This document shows, piece after piece, positions 9,164 to 20,629 of a stretch of 64,000 nt of DNA. Position 1 is the first letter of the stretch. Every line of letters begins with the position of its first letter. Location: NCBI GenBank assembly GCA_963729715.1, contig CAVSPA010000006.1:288001-352000 (forward strand), written 5' to 3'. The notes under the pieces were generated by a model. It did not search any database, had not been told where the DNA came from, and was given only the letters and a program-made list of their open reading frames with translations. The position numbers and the translations under genes are program-made. This DNA comes from an uncultured delta proteobacterium (GTDB taxonomy: Bacteria; Desulfobacterota; Syntrophia; Syntrophales; UBA2185).

Positions 9164-12100
9164 CTATCGGCGGGTATCTTGTTTGTCGAGCTCTTTTCTT
9201 ACGGCAATACCGATCTTCTCCAGAAGGTAGGGTTTCTTCACATATGTGCCGGCCCCAAGCTTCTGAGTCTGCCTGACGCGTTCAGTCATGGCAAATCCGC
9301 TGACAATGATTGCCTTCTGGTCCTTGCGTATCTCAAGAATTCTCCGGTACGTCTCCAAACCGTCAATGCCGGGATCCATAATCATGTCGAGGATAAGCAG
9401 ATCAATTGGATGTTTATTCACAAACTCTACTGCCTCTTTACCGCCCGCGACAGAGTCTACCTTGTATCCGAGGCTCTCCAGCATTGCTGACGCCAGGAGG
9501 CGTTGACCTTCCACGTCATCCACAACCAGAATATGTTCGCCCCTGCCCATGTACTCGCTCTGGGGAAGGGCCTGTTCAATCTGGGTCAAGGCTTCTCTGG
9601 TTACAGGGAAATAGAGGGTAAAGGTGGTTCCTTTTTTCTCTTTGCTCTCCACATCGATGTACCCATCGTGATCTTTCACGGTGCCCCACACAACCGCCAG
9701 TCCGAGACCTGTGCCGCTTCTGCCCATCACTTTCTTCGTATAGAAAGGCTCGAAGATCCTTCCAATATCCGCAGACGGAATTCCTGATCCCGTATCAGAT
9801 ACGGTAAGTACGGCATACTCGCCTTCCTGAGTTGTGTCATACCCGTGAATCGGCTTGTCCACGTAACGGTTATTGGTCCTGATCAGCACGTCTCCCGACC
9901 CGGATATCGCCTCCGCCGCGTTGGAAAGTAGGTTCATCACCGACTTGCTCAGATGTATGGGCGAACCTTTGACATTCAAAAGGTCCGCGTCCAGAGATGT
10001 TTTGAATTGAACGCCGGAATGATGGGACTTGATCGCCTCGAACTCCGGCGTTTGCAGGAAATCGGAGATGATCCTGTTGAGGTTCACCGTTTCTGAGACG
10101 AGCACGCCTCTCCTGGTAAGCGTGAGCAGATCCTGGATGATTGCCGCCGCGCGCTGGCCGCTTTTGAAAATCTGCATTGCGTGTCTCTGCGGGGGGCTCT
10201 CCTGCGGGACATTTTGCAGAAGAAGCTCCGAATATCCCACCAGGACTCCGAGGACATTGTTGAGGTCATGAGCCACTCCTCCCGCCAGCGTCCCCAATGC
10301 CTCCATCTTCTCGGCTCGCTGCAGACGCTCCTCTAACCGTCCGCGTTCGACCTCTGCCCGTTTGCGTTCTGAGATGTCACGTGCAATCGCCAGAATGCCC
10401 GTTGGCCTTCCTTCAGAGTCACGTAAAAAACTATAGTGAACCTCAAACGGTATGATGGAACCATCCTTGTGAAATAGTTCAATTTGCATGATTGCCGACC
10501 TAGCTGTATCGTGCTTATCGGAGCTTTCTATCGCCATTTGTTCCGTTAATTTCTGCATGGCCGATTCGAAGGATGCGGGAGTAAAGGCTTCCTTCATCGT
10601 TCGCCCCATGGCTTCTTCTACCGAAAATCCGAGTATCCGGGAGACGGAAGGGCTTATGTATGTCAACCTTGTATCCATATCTGTAGTATAGATGATGTCG
10701 TTCGCGTTCTCAGCGAGCAGACGATATCTCTCTTCACTTTTCTGCAACTCCTGCCGCGCTCGCTTGCTGTCTGTTATATCTCGAAAAAGCCCCTTGAATC
10801 CCGTGGGCCGCCCCTCGGCGTCCGCTATGAAAGAGGCGGACCCATCTACGGTTCTCTTGGCACCATCCTTCATGATCACATCCCATTCAAACTGCGCGCG
10901 TGGAGTATGTGTTCTGTATACCTCGTTATAAAGCTTGAATATCTTCTCTGAATTTTTTTTATCGGTGTATTTCTTGTAATGCATACCCAGTGTTTCTTCC
11001 TTGCTGTAGCCAAGGAATCGTCGGGCCGCCTCATTGAAGAAGGTGAGCCGTCCCGTCAGGTCCAGTTCAATATATCCTTCTTCCATATTTTCTATGATGG
11101 CGCGGTATTTCTCTTCACTCTGACGCAAAGCCGCCTCGGCTTGCCTACGTTCGGTGATGTCTCGGACGATGGCCTGGATCAGGACGTCATCACCGATCTT
11201 GATGCTGTTGAGACTGACTTCTGTGTCAAAGGGAGTTCCGTCATACCTTATGTGCCGCCATTCAAAAAATTGAAGTTCTCCAGATAAAGCGCGCGATATC
11301 TTCTCAAGGGCCTTCTCTTTGGAATCCGTGCCGTCCGGCTGGAAGGGGGGCGATAAGGCATAGGGGTGATTTCCGATGATCTGATCCATGGTGCATCCGA
11401 ACATTTCCAAGGTGACGGCGTTGCAGTCGATAAACCTATCCCCCTTGAGGATGAATATGCCATCATTCGCGTAATGGAAGAGCGTCCCATAACGTTGTTC
11501 GCCTTCTTTCAGAGCTTCCTCCGCCCGTTTGCGGTCGGTGATATCCTTCGAAACCACCGTCACTGCATTCACTTCGCCGTTGCTCCCCACGACGGGACTG
11601 AGCGTCCGGATAAAGAACCTTCCGTCTCTCTCACTCGTATGGTCCTGTTGAATGGACGTGCCGGTCTCAAAAACGATTTTCACGGTTTCCGCGAACTTGT
11701 CGGAATTTTCCTGGGAATGAAAATCGCTGTATGGTCTTCCCTCGATCCGTTCGAGCGGCATGCCAAAGCGCTTCAGGTGCCCTTCATTCATAAAGAGGTA
11801 CCTTTTGCTCGGCGTCAACGATGTATATCGAGTCCACAGTATGCACGAGAGAGCGATATTTTTCTTCACTCTGACGCAAGGCCTCCTCGGCCTGCTTACG
11901 CTCGGTGATGTCTATGATGGTTCCTCTTATTCCCACAGGTTCATTCTGATGAATCTTAGGCGAGGCATAGATGAGTCCGATAAACGTGCTGCCGTCTTTC
12001 CTGAGAAAGGTAAATTCCTGGCCGGGGATTGATGTCCCCTGCATTACCCGCCCAATACTCTCTCCGACTCTCTGCCATTCCGCGGGTGGAAAGAACTGAA

Positions 12101-13976
12101 GTGCGTTCATGCCCTCTTTGTAATCCTCTTGATTATACCTGAAGATTTCGAGGGCAGTGCGATTAAAGGAAATGATGCTGCCTGCGGTATCAACTTCAAA
12201 AATTGATATTGGAAGGAAATCGGTCAATTCACGGTACCGCTTTTCACTCTCCCGAAGCAGTTCCTCCGCCCGTTTCCGCTCGGTAATGTCTATAAAGCTT
12301 TCGAGAATATATTTTCGGCCCTCGATCATGACCGGGACCACGGTCTTGATGATCGAAAAGTTACTGCCATCCGCACTGAGAAGGACGCGTTCGGCATTAT
12401 CAATATTTTGATGGAGGTCGGAAATCGGGCATTTCCCGACTTCCGCAGGACATATAAACCTGTGGCATACTGAACCGATAATTTGATCCCTTGGAGCTTT
12501 GATCATTTTTGCCGCGAGTGGATTCACATCGACAATACTGTGCGTTTGGGGATCTATGATGACAATTCCCGCCTGCACTGCTTCCAGGATGTTTTTTAGC
12601 TTTTCTTCGCTCTCCCTCAGTGCCTTCTCGGACTGCCTGCGTTCGGTGACATCATCATAGATGGTCACTATCTCTTCCGTGGGAAGCTTGTAGACAAAAT
12701 TATCCCGCCAACTGGATAACCGCTCGTCCTGATACAGTGAAACCGGATAACGTTCGGCCACTCCCGTCCTCCATACCCGCCGGAATACGTCGAGGAGGCC
12801 AAATTCCTTTATCGCCGGAAATACGTCGGTGACAATTCTTCCGATAAGTTCTTCTCTTTTGACACTTTCAATATTTTCCGCTGCTCTGTTGAAATCCTTA
12901 AAGACAAACGTCTCTCCATTGTCACGCGTCTCATAAACGGCCACACCGCTTCCCATGTGCTGGAACATGACACGGTAGCGGGTCTCGCTTTCATGAAGCG
13001 ACTGCTGGCTTTCCAAGAGTTCAGTATACTTCTGACGAAGTTCCTCGTCGTAGGCTGATAACTGTCCATATGCTGCACTCAGTTCTTCATGCTTTGCCTT
13101 TAAGTCTTTTTCTATGCGTCGTTTCTCGGTTACATCTCTGATCGTTCCCCGGTATCCCAATACACTCCCATCAGCACCCTTCCACACAACTGATGTAAGA
13201 AGTACGTGAATAATAGAACCGTCCTTTCTCTTCATGTCGAAAGGATATTCCTTGACATATCCTTTCTCGCGCATGTGAGCGATGAACCTGTCTCTCCCTT
13301 CGGGGTCCGCATACAAGTCCCGAATCTGCACATTCTTCAATTCCTCCCTGCTCGCATAGCCAAACAGTTTTACCGCTGCGTCATTAAGATCAATCCACCT
13401 TCCTTCCGGCGAACTGATAAACACGCAATCCCTCGATGTCTCGAAGAATGCCCTGTACTGTTCTTCACTCTCGCGCAGCGCTTCTTCGGATCGCTTACGC
13501 TCGGTGATATTCGTTGCGGCCCCTATAATTCGAACCGGTTTTCCCTTACGGTCGCGAAGAACATAGATGCGGTGATTAATGTAGACATGCGCTCCGCCGG
13601 CAGTTTTAATCCTGTATTCATTTGAGCCGAATTCCCGATTGCTCTTCATCAACCTTTCCATACCCGCGACCATCCGCTTGCGATCGTCAGGGTGTATAAT
13701 CTGAATCCACCAGTTCCACGGATCATCTATGACTTCGGGAACACCTAATGTCTTCTGCATTCCCTCATTACACCAGAGTTGATTCTTCGCTATGTCATAA
13801 TCGTGAATGGCATCGTTTGTAGCTATCGACAGCATGGAAAATCGTTCCTGAGCCTTCCGGAGCTGTGACGACTTCAGCTTCAGCTTATGCTGGGATTCTT
13901 CGAGCTTTGAGACCTTCAGGCGCAATGAAATCAATTCATTAATAAGCTCTTTCTTGGTTCTGTCCTCGTCCTTCAT
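9164..13976 (-). pseudogene. Multi-PAS hybrid sensor histidine kinase/response regulator, split by a frameshift near 11803-11806
   Basis: ORF 11784..14012 (PAS/PAC repeats) and ORF 9164..11869 (PAS, HisKA AHDLNN, HATPase, REC) join in frame if one base is removed from CAAAAGG; likely start MKDED at 13976. May be a sequencing error rather than a true pseudogene. Confidence 0.75.
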
Positions 13977-14014
13977 TTTCCTGTCTCCTTCGCTGCGAGT
14001 GGGTGCAGCCACGC

Positions 14015-14049
14015 AAAAAACCCCCGTCTCCTTTTAGGAAACAGGGGTT
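14015..14049 (-). terminator. Intrinsic-terminator-like hairpin in the leader of the PAS kinase gene
   Basis: Minus strand AACCCCTGTTTCCT-AAA-AGGAGACGGGGGTT (14 bp incl. 2 G-U) running into a U6 tract. Confidence 0.7.
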
Positions 14050-14441
14050 CTATAATCGGTCCATACATCCCCCTGCGGGTTGAAGGGTTTGGAATCTTAT
14101 TCATAATTCAAATAGTGAAGGTTTTTGTATCACGATTTTCTGCATAAATCTACAATGAAAAGAAGACTCTGATGCTGAAGAGGAAAAAATTGCTGACGAC
14201 CAAATCCACCAGTCTATATGTAGGACGGTGTTGATTCAGTAGCTTCGTCTTTCCATTTTCATCAGGATCATCTTTCTCGTCTATAAGGTAACGGAACTAA
14301 TCTTCAAGAGTACGATCTGGAGATGATCTCTTAGCACTCTTTTTTGCAGTGTTCATTGACAGACGGCTTTTTTTTGATTACAAGTAACAATAAATTTTTG
14401 GAGTACATTAAGAAACTGTTAAATTCAAAAAGGGGGGTAAC

Positions 14442-15488
14442 ATGAAAGGAAGATGGATTGGATGTCTTGTTGTTCTTTCTTATGTCCTCGGATTCGCCGC
14501 TATAGGCTTCTCGGCAAATTACAAACCCGAGTACAAGATGAGCATCGTAGTTGGTCCCACGACTTCTTGGGGCATGGGGGGCGCCAAGTTCGCTGAGCTG
14601 GTGAAGGAGAGAACAAATGGCCGGATCAATATCAAGGTGTATTACAGCGGCCAGCTCTACGCGGGGAAACAGACCAACGAATTCCTCCTCCTGAAGCAGG
14701 GCGTGGCGGATTTCGCTCTCGGCTCGACGATCAACTGGTCCCCGGCGGTCAGGGAACTAAACCTCTTTGCCCTGCCATTCTTCTTCAACGGCAGTTACAA
14801 GGCTCTCGATGCAGTTGAAAACGGCGATATCGGGAAAAGAATATTTAATATCCTCGATGAAAAGGGCGTTGTCGCTATGGGATGGGGAGAAAATGGTTTT
14901 CGCGAGATAACCAACAGTAAAAGGTCTATAAGGAAACCTGCGGATCTCAACGGGCTCAAGATCCGGGTTGTCGGTTCACCCATCTTTATTGATATCTTCA
15001 AATCCCTCGGCGCCAATCCCATATCCATGAACTGGGGTGAAGCCTTAAGCGCCTTCCAGACGGGAACCGTGGACGGACAGGAGAACCCCGTGACGGGCAT
15101 CATCATTCCCTACAAACTGTGGCAGGTCAATAAGTACTGCACATTCTGGAATTACGTCATTGATCCCTTGATCCTGGCTATCAGCAAAGAAACCTGGAAT
15201 GCCTTTGATGCGAAGGACCATGCGATTATCCGCAAGGCCGCCCTGGATGCCACCGTCTGGCAAAAAAAAGCCGCTCGTGAAGGCCTCGCAGGAAGCAGTG
15301 ACTCTCTAAATATTCTTAAGCAGAATGGCATGGATGTCTATGTTCTCACGGCGACGGACAGGAAAGCCTTCAAGGAGAAGGTGAAGCCTGTTTATAACCG
15401 GTGGGTCCCCGAGATCGGTGCTGACCTTGTGAAAGCAGCCGAGAAAGTTGTCGAGAGTGTTGAAAAGAAAAAACCGGCTAAGAAATAA
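14442..15488 (+). CDS. dctP: TRAP transporter substrate-binding protein
   Basis: Signal peptide; WGENGFREITN, GLKIRV, GTVDGQENP. Confidence 0.95.
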   Translation: MKGRWIGCLVVLSYVLGFAAIGFSANYKPEYKMSIVVGPTTSWGMGGAKFAELVKERTNGRINIKVYYSGQLYAGKQTNEFLLLKQGVADFALGSTINWSPAVRELNLFALPFFFNGSYKALDAVENGDIGKRIFNILDEKGVVAMGWGENGFREITNSKRSIRKPADLNGLKIRVVGSPIFIDIFKSLGANPISMNWGEALSAFQTGTVDGQENPVTGIIIPYKLWQVNKYCTFWNYVIDPLILAISKETWNAFDAKDHAIIRKAALDATVWQKKAAREGLAGSSDSLNILKQNGMDVYVLTATDRKAFKEKVKPVYNRWVPEIGADLVKAAEKVVESVEKKKPAKK

Positions 15489-15491
15489 TCA

Positions 15492-15968
15492 GTGAACAGA
15501 CTGAAGTATCTATACTCGCATTTTGAAGAGGTGGTGAGCACGGCCCTTCTGGCTGTTATGGCTGTGTTTGCCTTCCTTAATGTCCTCACCCGCTATTTCA
15601 TCCATTACTCCTTTGCATTTACGGAAGAGATCGAGGTGGCCCTACTCGTGTGGATCACCATGCTCGGTGCGGCGGCAGGATTCCGGCGGTGTGTCCACCT
15701 AGGCTTTCAATTTCTGTCTTCAAAAGTCCCGCCTGCGGGAAGGAGGGTACTCCTGGTGATCAGTTCCCTCCTCACCATCTTCTGCTTTGGCGTCCTGCTC
15801 CGCTACAGTCTGGTCCAGATACAGGATGAATTGATGCTTGCTGTCACCACGGAGGCCCTCGACATCCCCCAGTGGCTGTATACCTTGGCCCTTACCGTCG
15901 GGTCGTTATTGGTCATCTTCCGGGTCGTGGAAATGACGGTCAATAAGCTGAGGAGGAAGGAAGACTGA
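15492..15968 (+). CDS. dctQ: TRAP transporter small permease
   Basis: 4 TM helices, NVLTRY...FTEE motif, between dctP and dctM. Confidence 0.9.
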   Translation: MNRLKYLYSHFEEVVSTALLAVMAVFAFLNVLTRYFIHYSFAFTEEIEVALLVWITMLGAAAGFRRCVHLGFQFLSSKVPPAGRRVLLVISSLLTIFCFGVLLRYSLVQIQDELMLAVTTEALDIPQWLYTLALTVGSLLVIFRVVEMTVNKLRRKED

Positions 15969-17245
15969 TGGAAGGACTTCTCCTGTTTGGCCTTTTCCTC
16001 CTAATACTTTTTGCGGGTGTGCCTGTCGCCGTCGCTTTAGGAACAGTCTCCCTTTTTCTCATCTGGCTCTATAATTTAGGCATCTCAGGCGTATCTCCGA
16101 ATTTTTATGCCGGAGTAGCTAAGTTCCAGCTCTTGGCTATTCCTTTCTTCATTCTGGCGGGCCTGATCATGGACCGCTGTGGCATCTCGAAAAGGCTGGT
16201 TCACCTCATCAGCCTCATAATAGGGCCGATTCACGGGGGACTTGCCCTGGTAACTATCGTTGTCGGTTTGATCTTTGCGGGGATATCCGGCTCCGGCCCG
16301 GCCGACACGGCGGCCTTGGGAACGATTCTCATCACAGCCATGGCGGCGAGGGGATACGCGAAGGATTTCAGCGCCGCCCTAATTGCTGCGTCGGGTTCTC
16401 TTGCTATCATCGTCCCTCCGAGCATTGCCTTCATCATCTACGGGGTCATCACAGGCACCTCGATCCCCGCCCTTTTCGCCGCCGGAGTGATCCCCGGGAT
16501 CATCACCGGTCTTGTCCTTATGATTCCCTCCTATATCATCGCAAGGAAGAGGGGCTGGAGGGGCGAGAGATGGGGAACGCCTAAAGAAATCTGGGGCGCC
16601 TTCAGAGGGGCCTTCTGGGGGCTCATCGCCCCGTTTATCATTCTGGGCGGCATGTACGGCGGGATATTCACGCCGACGGAAGCGGCGGTGGTTGCCGTGT
16701 TCTATGGATTGTTCGTAGGCATGGTCATCTACCGCGAGCTTGATTTTCGTTCCCTGTATGAACTGCTCCTCGACACCGTTCTATCTTCAGCGGTCATCAT
16801 GATCATCGTGGGGTTTGCCGGCCTCTATGCCTGGACCGGCTCCACCATCGGGGTCATGGACAAGTTCTCCAGACAGATGCTCTCCTTGTCTGCGAATCCT
16901 GCCGTGCTTCTCGTGCTGATCAACATCATGCTTCTCATCGCCGGGATGCTCATGGATGCGATCTCCATCTACTACATTTTCCTTCCCATGCTGATCCCGC
17001 TCATCAAGGTCTTCAACTGGGACCCCATCTGGTTCGGCGTTGTCATGACAGTCAACCTGGCTATCGGCCAGTTGACTCCGCCCGTGGCGGTGAATCTTTA
17101 CGTTGTCTGCAACATCGCCAACATATCCTTGGAAGAAGTTTCCAAAGCGGTCCTTCCCTTCATTCTTATTATGATCGCCGCGCTGGGCATCATCATCTAT
17201 TTCCCCTGGCTTTCGATGTACCTGCCTTCGCTTTTCAAGTTGTAG
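15968..17245 (+). CDS. dctM: TRAP transporter large permease
   Basis: LLAIPFFILAG, ISGSGPAD, IVPPSI, GIFTPTEAA, LTPPVAVNL. Confidence 0.95.
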   Translation: MEGLLLFGLFLLILFAGVPVAVALGTVSLFLIWLYNLGISGVSPNFYAGVAKFQLLAIPFFILAGLIMDRCGISKRLVHLISLIIGPIHGGLALVTIVVGLIFAGISGSGPADTAALGTILITAMAARGYAKDFSAALIAASGSLAIIVPPSIAFIIYGVITGTSIPALFAAGVIPGIITGLVLMIPSYIIARKRGWRGERWGTPKEIWGAFRGAFWGLIAPFIILGGMYGGIFTPTEAAVVAVFYGLFVGMVIYRELDFRSLYELLLDTVLSSAVIMIIVGFAGLYAWTGSTIGVMDKFSRQMLSLSANPAVLLVLINIMLLIAGMLMDAISIYYIFLPMLIPLIKVFNWDPIWFGVVMTVNLAIGQLTPPVAVNLYVVCNIANISLEEVSKAVLPFILIMIAALGIIIYFPWLSMYLPSLFKL

Positions 17246-17264
17246 CGGAGGCGTTCATCTTGCT

Positions 17265-17840
17265 TTAAACCAGCCGTTTTCCGAGTTCGAGGGCTTCCTT
17301 CATCAGGGACTTGTTCTTCTTGATTTCGCCGGCGTCCATGGCGCTTCCGTAAATCATTCCGACAATGCACGCCCCAACGTATCCATAGGCATCCTGAAAA
17401 GTGCGGAGGGCATTGACGCAGCCCGATTTGAACGGGTCGGCATCTCCGTAACTCATGGCTATGGCAATCCGCTTTCCCGCAAAAGCTTCCTCTGCGCGCG
17501 GGAGCAAGGCAAACGCACGATCCATCCACAGTTTCGTCTGTGCTGACATGGTGAACCAGTAAATAGGGCTCACAATTATCCATGCATCCGATGCCAACAA
17601 CTTCTTGTAAACAATCTGCATGTCGTCATTGATAACGCATCCTTTGCTGTTTGGCTTCTGACATGCATAGCATGAACTGCAGGGCGCGATCTTCATCCCG
17701 TGGATAAAGAGAGTCTCCACTCTTGCGCCAACGGACTCGGCTCCTTCGGCGATCCTTTCCGCCAATATGGCGCTATTGCCTCTCTTCCTGGGGCTGCCCA
17801 GTAAAACGAGTACTTTCTTCACGTCATCCTTGCCGGTCAT
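17265..17840 (-). CDS. Iron-sulfur flavoprotein/flavodoxin-family (FMN reductase-like) protein
   Basis: GSPRKRGNS, CSSCYAC...CVINDDM, SPIYWF. Confidence 0.9.
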   Translation of the reverse strand: MTGKDDVKKVLVLLGSPRKRGNSAILAERIAEGAESVGARVETLFIHGMKIAPCSSCYACQKPNSKGCVINDDMQIVYKKLLASDAWIIVSPIYWFTMSAQTKLWMDRAFALLPRAEEAFAGKRIAIAMSYGDADPFKSGCVNALRTFQDAYGYVGACIVGMIYGSAMDAGEIKKNKSLMKEALELGKRLV

Positions 17841-17930
17841 TTTACACCTCCATTCTAACGTACTGCTTCACGACACAAAAAACTGCACCGCATCTCTCGT
17901 TCGCAATGAGGCAGGCGGTGTGCTGTTATG

Positions 17931-18653
17931 TTAATTAGTATTTAGCCCTGAGTCCGGTGTCGTCTGTGGTGGCGCATTGGTCGTACGGCTATTTCCCAGT
18001 TTCACCATGGCTTCGAGACGCTCCCTGGTATTAGGGTGTGAATCGAGGAGACCACCGCCCGTGGCACCAGACGACTTCAAAAGGAAGCGAAAGCTGTAGG
18101 CCATGGTCCCCGTGGGGTCTGGGTCGTTGGCCGTGGACAGGATCTCAACAGCCTTGTTGTCCGCGTCGGTCTCCTGGGAGCGCGAGTAGGCGGGAAGAGC
18201 AAGCATGCCCGTCACGAACACGGCATTCGAAGCAATCAGGCCCCCCACCCCGGGGATAAAAGACAAGGCAGTACGGGTCCACTGTTCTGCGGCGATCGCC
18301 GTCTTCCTCTTGTCTGCGTGACCCAGAACCTCATGGCCTATTTCGTGGGCAGCCACCCCGCGAATGAGCCTCTCATCGCCCGTGTTAATTAAGCCCGTGG
18401 TAAACCCGAACTTGCACTCCCCGAGGGACATGGCGTTTAGTTTCTGAGAGTCGATGAAGAAGACCTGGCAATTGCCAGGAGAACGGCCGGCACTCCTGAG
18501 GAGGGGCACAATCTGTTCCGCGACTCTCTTGTGGGCGGGATTCTGCCAATCCGGCTTGATGACCTTTGTCTGGGCTGTCCTCTCCCCTGCACAGCCCACA
18601 AGCGACAAGATGCAGATATATAATGCCAACCGGCGCCAGGCTGATAATGTCAT
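17931..18653 (-). CDS. M48-family zinc metallopeptidase lipoprotein
   Basis: Lipobox LVGC; AHEIGH, YSRSQETDAD, SHP motifs; likely start ATG at 18653. Confidence 0.85.
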   Translation of the reverse strand: MTLSAWRRLALYICILSLVGCAGERTAQTKVIKPDWQNPAHKRVAEQIVPLLRSAGRSPGNCQVFFIDSQKLNAMSLGECKFGFTTGLINTGDERLIRGVAAHEIGHEVLGHADKRKTAIAAEQWTRTALSFIPGVGGLIASNAVFVTGMLALPAYSRSQETDADNKAVEILSTANDPDPTGTMAYSFRFLLKSSGATGGGLLDSHPNTRERLEAMVKLGNSRTTNAPPQTTPDSGLNTN

Positions 18654-18898
18654 CGCGCAGTTCTCCTCTTTCTCCGCGTGCCTTCTCCGTGAAATTTGTT
18701 TTGTCCCTTTTACACAGTCTATACCTGAATTACTTAACAACTAATGTAGCACAAAAAAGGAAAAACTGAAAATTGAAGCTTTTAAGAATAAGGGAGATTG
18801 CATGGGAAACCTGTCTGTCGTTCGCCGCGCACCTCGCAGCGGCCGCCACATAATGCCTCATCAAATGTTTCCGGAAGAGATTTTAATAATGAAACTCC

Positions 18899-18926
18899 TT
18901 GAAAGAAACCGGCGAAGGGGTATAAT
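18899..18926 (+). promoter_or_regulatory. Putative sigma70 promoter
   Basis: TTGAAA-N16-TATAAT upstream of 18985. Confidence 0.5.
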
Positions 18927-18984
18927 TAATCAGGTGTGCCCTCAGGCATGAAATAAAAAAATAAATTTTAGTTGGAGGAATATC

Positions 18985-19377
18985 ATGAAAAAACTCTCGG
19001 TCATTCTTTGCGCGGCAATGATCACTTGTTTTGTGCTGGCAACTCCCGGACTGGCGCAGGATCAAGACCAGACGCTGATGCCCAAGGAGGGCAAAAGGGC
19101 GTGCAAGGCCGACATTGAAAAGTTCTGCAAAGACATTAAGCCTGGCGGCGGCCGGCTCTGGGTCTGTCTCAAGAGCAACGGAGACCGGCTGTCGCAGGAA
19201 TGCGCGAATCATATGGCATTGGAACGGGAAAAGTCTCGGGAATTCCGTCAGGCGTGCAAAGGCGATTGGGAAAAATTCTGCAAAGGCATAGCAAAAGGAA
19301 AGGGGAGAGTTGTTTCATGCCTGAAGAGCCACGAAGCGGAACTATCCGACGCCTGTGCGGCGGTCTTCCGAAGATAG
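18985..19377 (+). CDS. Secreted cysteine-rich repeat protein (GLG1/Cys-rich-FGFR-like repeats)
   Basis: Signal peptide; two repeats ACKxDxEKFCK...GxGR...CLKS...LSxxC; GGAGG RBS. Confidence 0.8.
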   Translation: MKKLSVILCAAMITCFVLATPGLAQDQDQTLMPKEGKRACKADIEKFCKDIKPGGGRLWVCLKSNGDRLSQECANHMALEREKSREFRQACKGDWEKFCKGIAKGKGRVVSCLKSHEAELSDACAAVFRR

Positions 19378-19408
19378 CATTTCCTCTGTCACATGATATA
19401 GGAACATC

Positions 19409-20497
19409 TTACGCCATATATCCTTTTACCGGCATCAGGTTGTAGTGTGTCAGGATGGCGCCTGTCGCCTCGATGACGTCCTGGGGAAGGCGAATTCGTT
19501 CGTGAAGCATGGGTTCTTCTGTTGTATCTGCCGAAGGCCCGAAGGCAAAGAAATGATCGATAGCCTTATTGGCATTGGTGAAAGGATTGCCGTAAGGAAG
19601 TGGTTGCACGATGGCGAAGACCTCGCTGACAACGCTGGTCAACTTCTCTGACATCTCCCGTGCTTTTTCCTGATCGTTCTTTTGAAGACTTTCGATGAGA
19701 GATGAAAGATTGTGAGAAAAACAGTTAGCAGTACTGAGAAGAAACCCATCGTAGCAGCCGCCTCTGCCCGCTAGCCATCGCGCATAGCCGCCCTCGGCGC
19801 CCCTGACAAGAAAGACGCCGCCCTTGTAAACATCGGAAGTTGCAATGCTGTCCTGACCGCTCGAGTCTTTGAAGAACACCAGGTTGGAATACTTCTGCAC
19901 GAGCCTTGCAAAGATTTCAGGCGCCACTTCATTTTCCGTTACCTGGGGAAGCTGATACAGTGCGACAGGCAGCCCCATGTCGAGGACAGCGGAAAGGCCG
20001 GCTTCAATTTGATGCTGGCTAAGCGACTTCCCCCGGGGTGGGCAGATTGTGAAACCGCAAACATGATTGGCTTTAAGGATTTGGCCGGCATCTTCTTTTC
20101 CCGCCGGATTTTTCTGAAGCATCCTAATCATGCTTGAGATCGTCCGCTTCATGGTCTCGACATCGGCTTTCAGGACGCCGAGGAGGAGGCTGATCTCATG
20201 CGTCCGGGCCTGTTGTATCGCGAAGTCTGCGACTTCTAATGTTTCATCTTTCGTCAGTTCCCAGCCGTCGCCGGTCGATCCGGGAATGAGAAATCCCTTG
20301 ACCCACGGGACTACATGCTTGAAATGGGCACGCATCCTGTCAAAGTCGATTGTGCCGTCGCTCCTGTAGTGTGTGAGGAGAGGGCACCACAACCTGGGGA
20401 TGCCGGAAGGAAAAAGCCCTTTGATTAACGCCTGGCGCTTCGCTGTAATATCGTTCATTGAATATCCTTTCAGAGCCTGAACAGTCTTGACAGGCAT
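19409..20497 (-). CDS. Dihydrodipicolinate-synthase-family class I aldolase
   Basis: GSTGDG, ALYQLP, FFKDSSG (Schiff-base Lys); divergent, substrate unknown. Confidence 0.75.
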   Translation of the reverse strand: MPVKTVQALKGYSMNDITAKRQALIKGLFPSGIPRLWCPLLTHYRSDGTIDFDRMRAHFKHVVPWVKGFLIPGSTGDGWELTKDETLEVADFAIQQARTHEISLLLGVLKADVETMKRTISSMIRMLQKNPAGKEDAGQILKANHVCGFTICPPRGKSLSQHQIEAGLSAVLDMGLPVALYQLPQVTENEVAPEIFARLVQKYSNLVFFKDSSGQDSIATSDVYKGGVFLVRGAEGGYARWLAGRGGCYDGFLLSTANCFSHNLSSLIESLQKNDQEKAREMSEKLTSVVSEVFAIVQPLPYGNPFTNANKAIDHFFAFGPSADTTEEPMLHERIRLPQDVIEATGAILTHYNLMPVKGYMA

Positions 20498-20575
20498 TAG
20501 TTGTTTATCACAGTTCTCACGCGACAGGCAATAGGCGATTGGCGATCATGAACCAGATTCTTTTTTTTCACAAGA

Positions 20576-20629
20576 TTAACAAATTCTTCATGGTCCTTTA
20601 ACAATGGTGCAACATTTGACATTTATTAT
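20576..20629 (+). promoter_or_regulatory. Putative Pho box + -10 upstream of phoB
   Basis: TTAACA(20576) TTCATG(20587) TTAACA(20598) GCAACA(20609), 11-bp period; TATTAT at 20624. Confidence 0.75.

Noticed and set aside
11101..11912. Near-identical stretches of about 60 bp at about 11105 and 11855
   Set aside because: Explained by repeated PAS-PAC linkers ([20 protein letters not shown]) within one kinase
14331..14357. TTAGCACTC, a perfect left arm of a CIRCE element, upstream of dctP
   Set aside because: No GAGTGCTAA right arm at 9-bp spacing (only CAGTGTTCA at 7 bp), and the gene is not a chaperone
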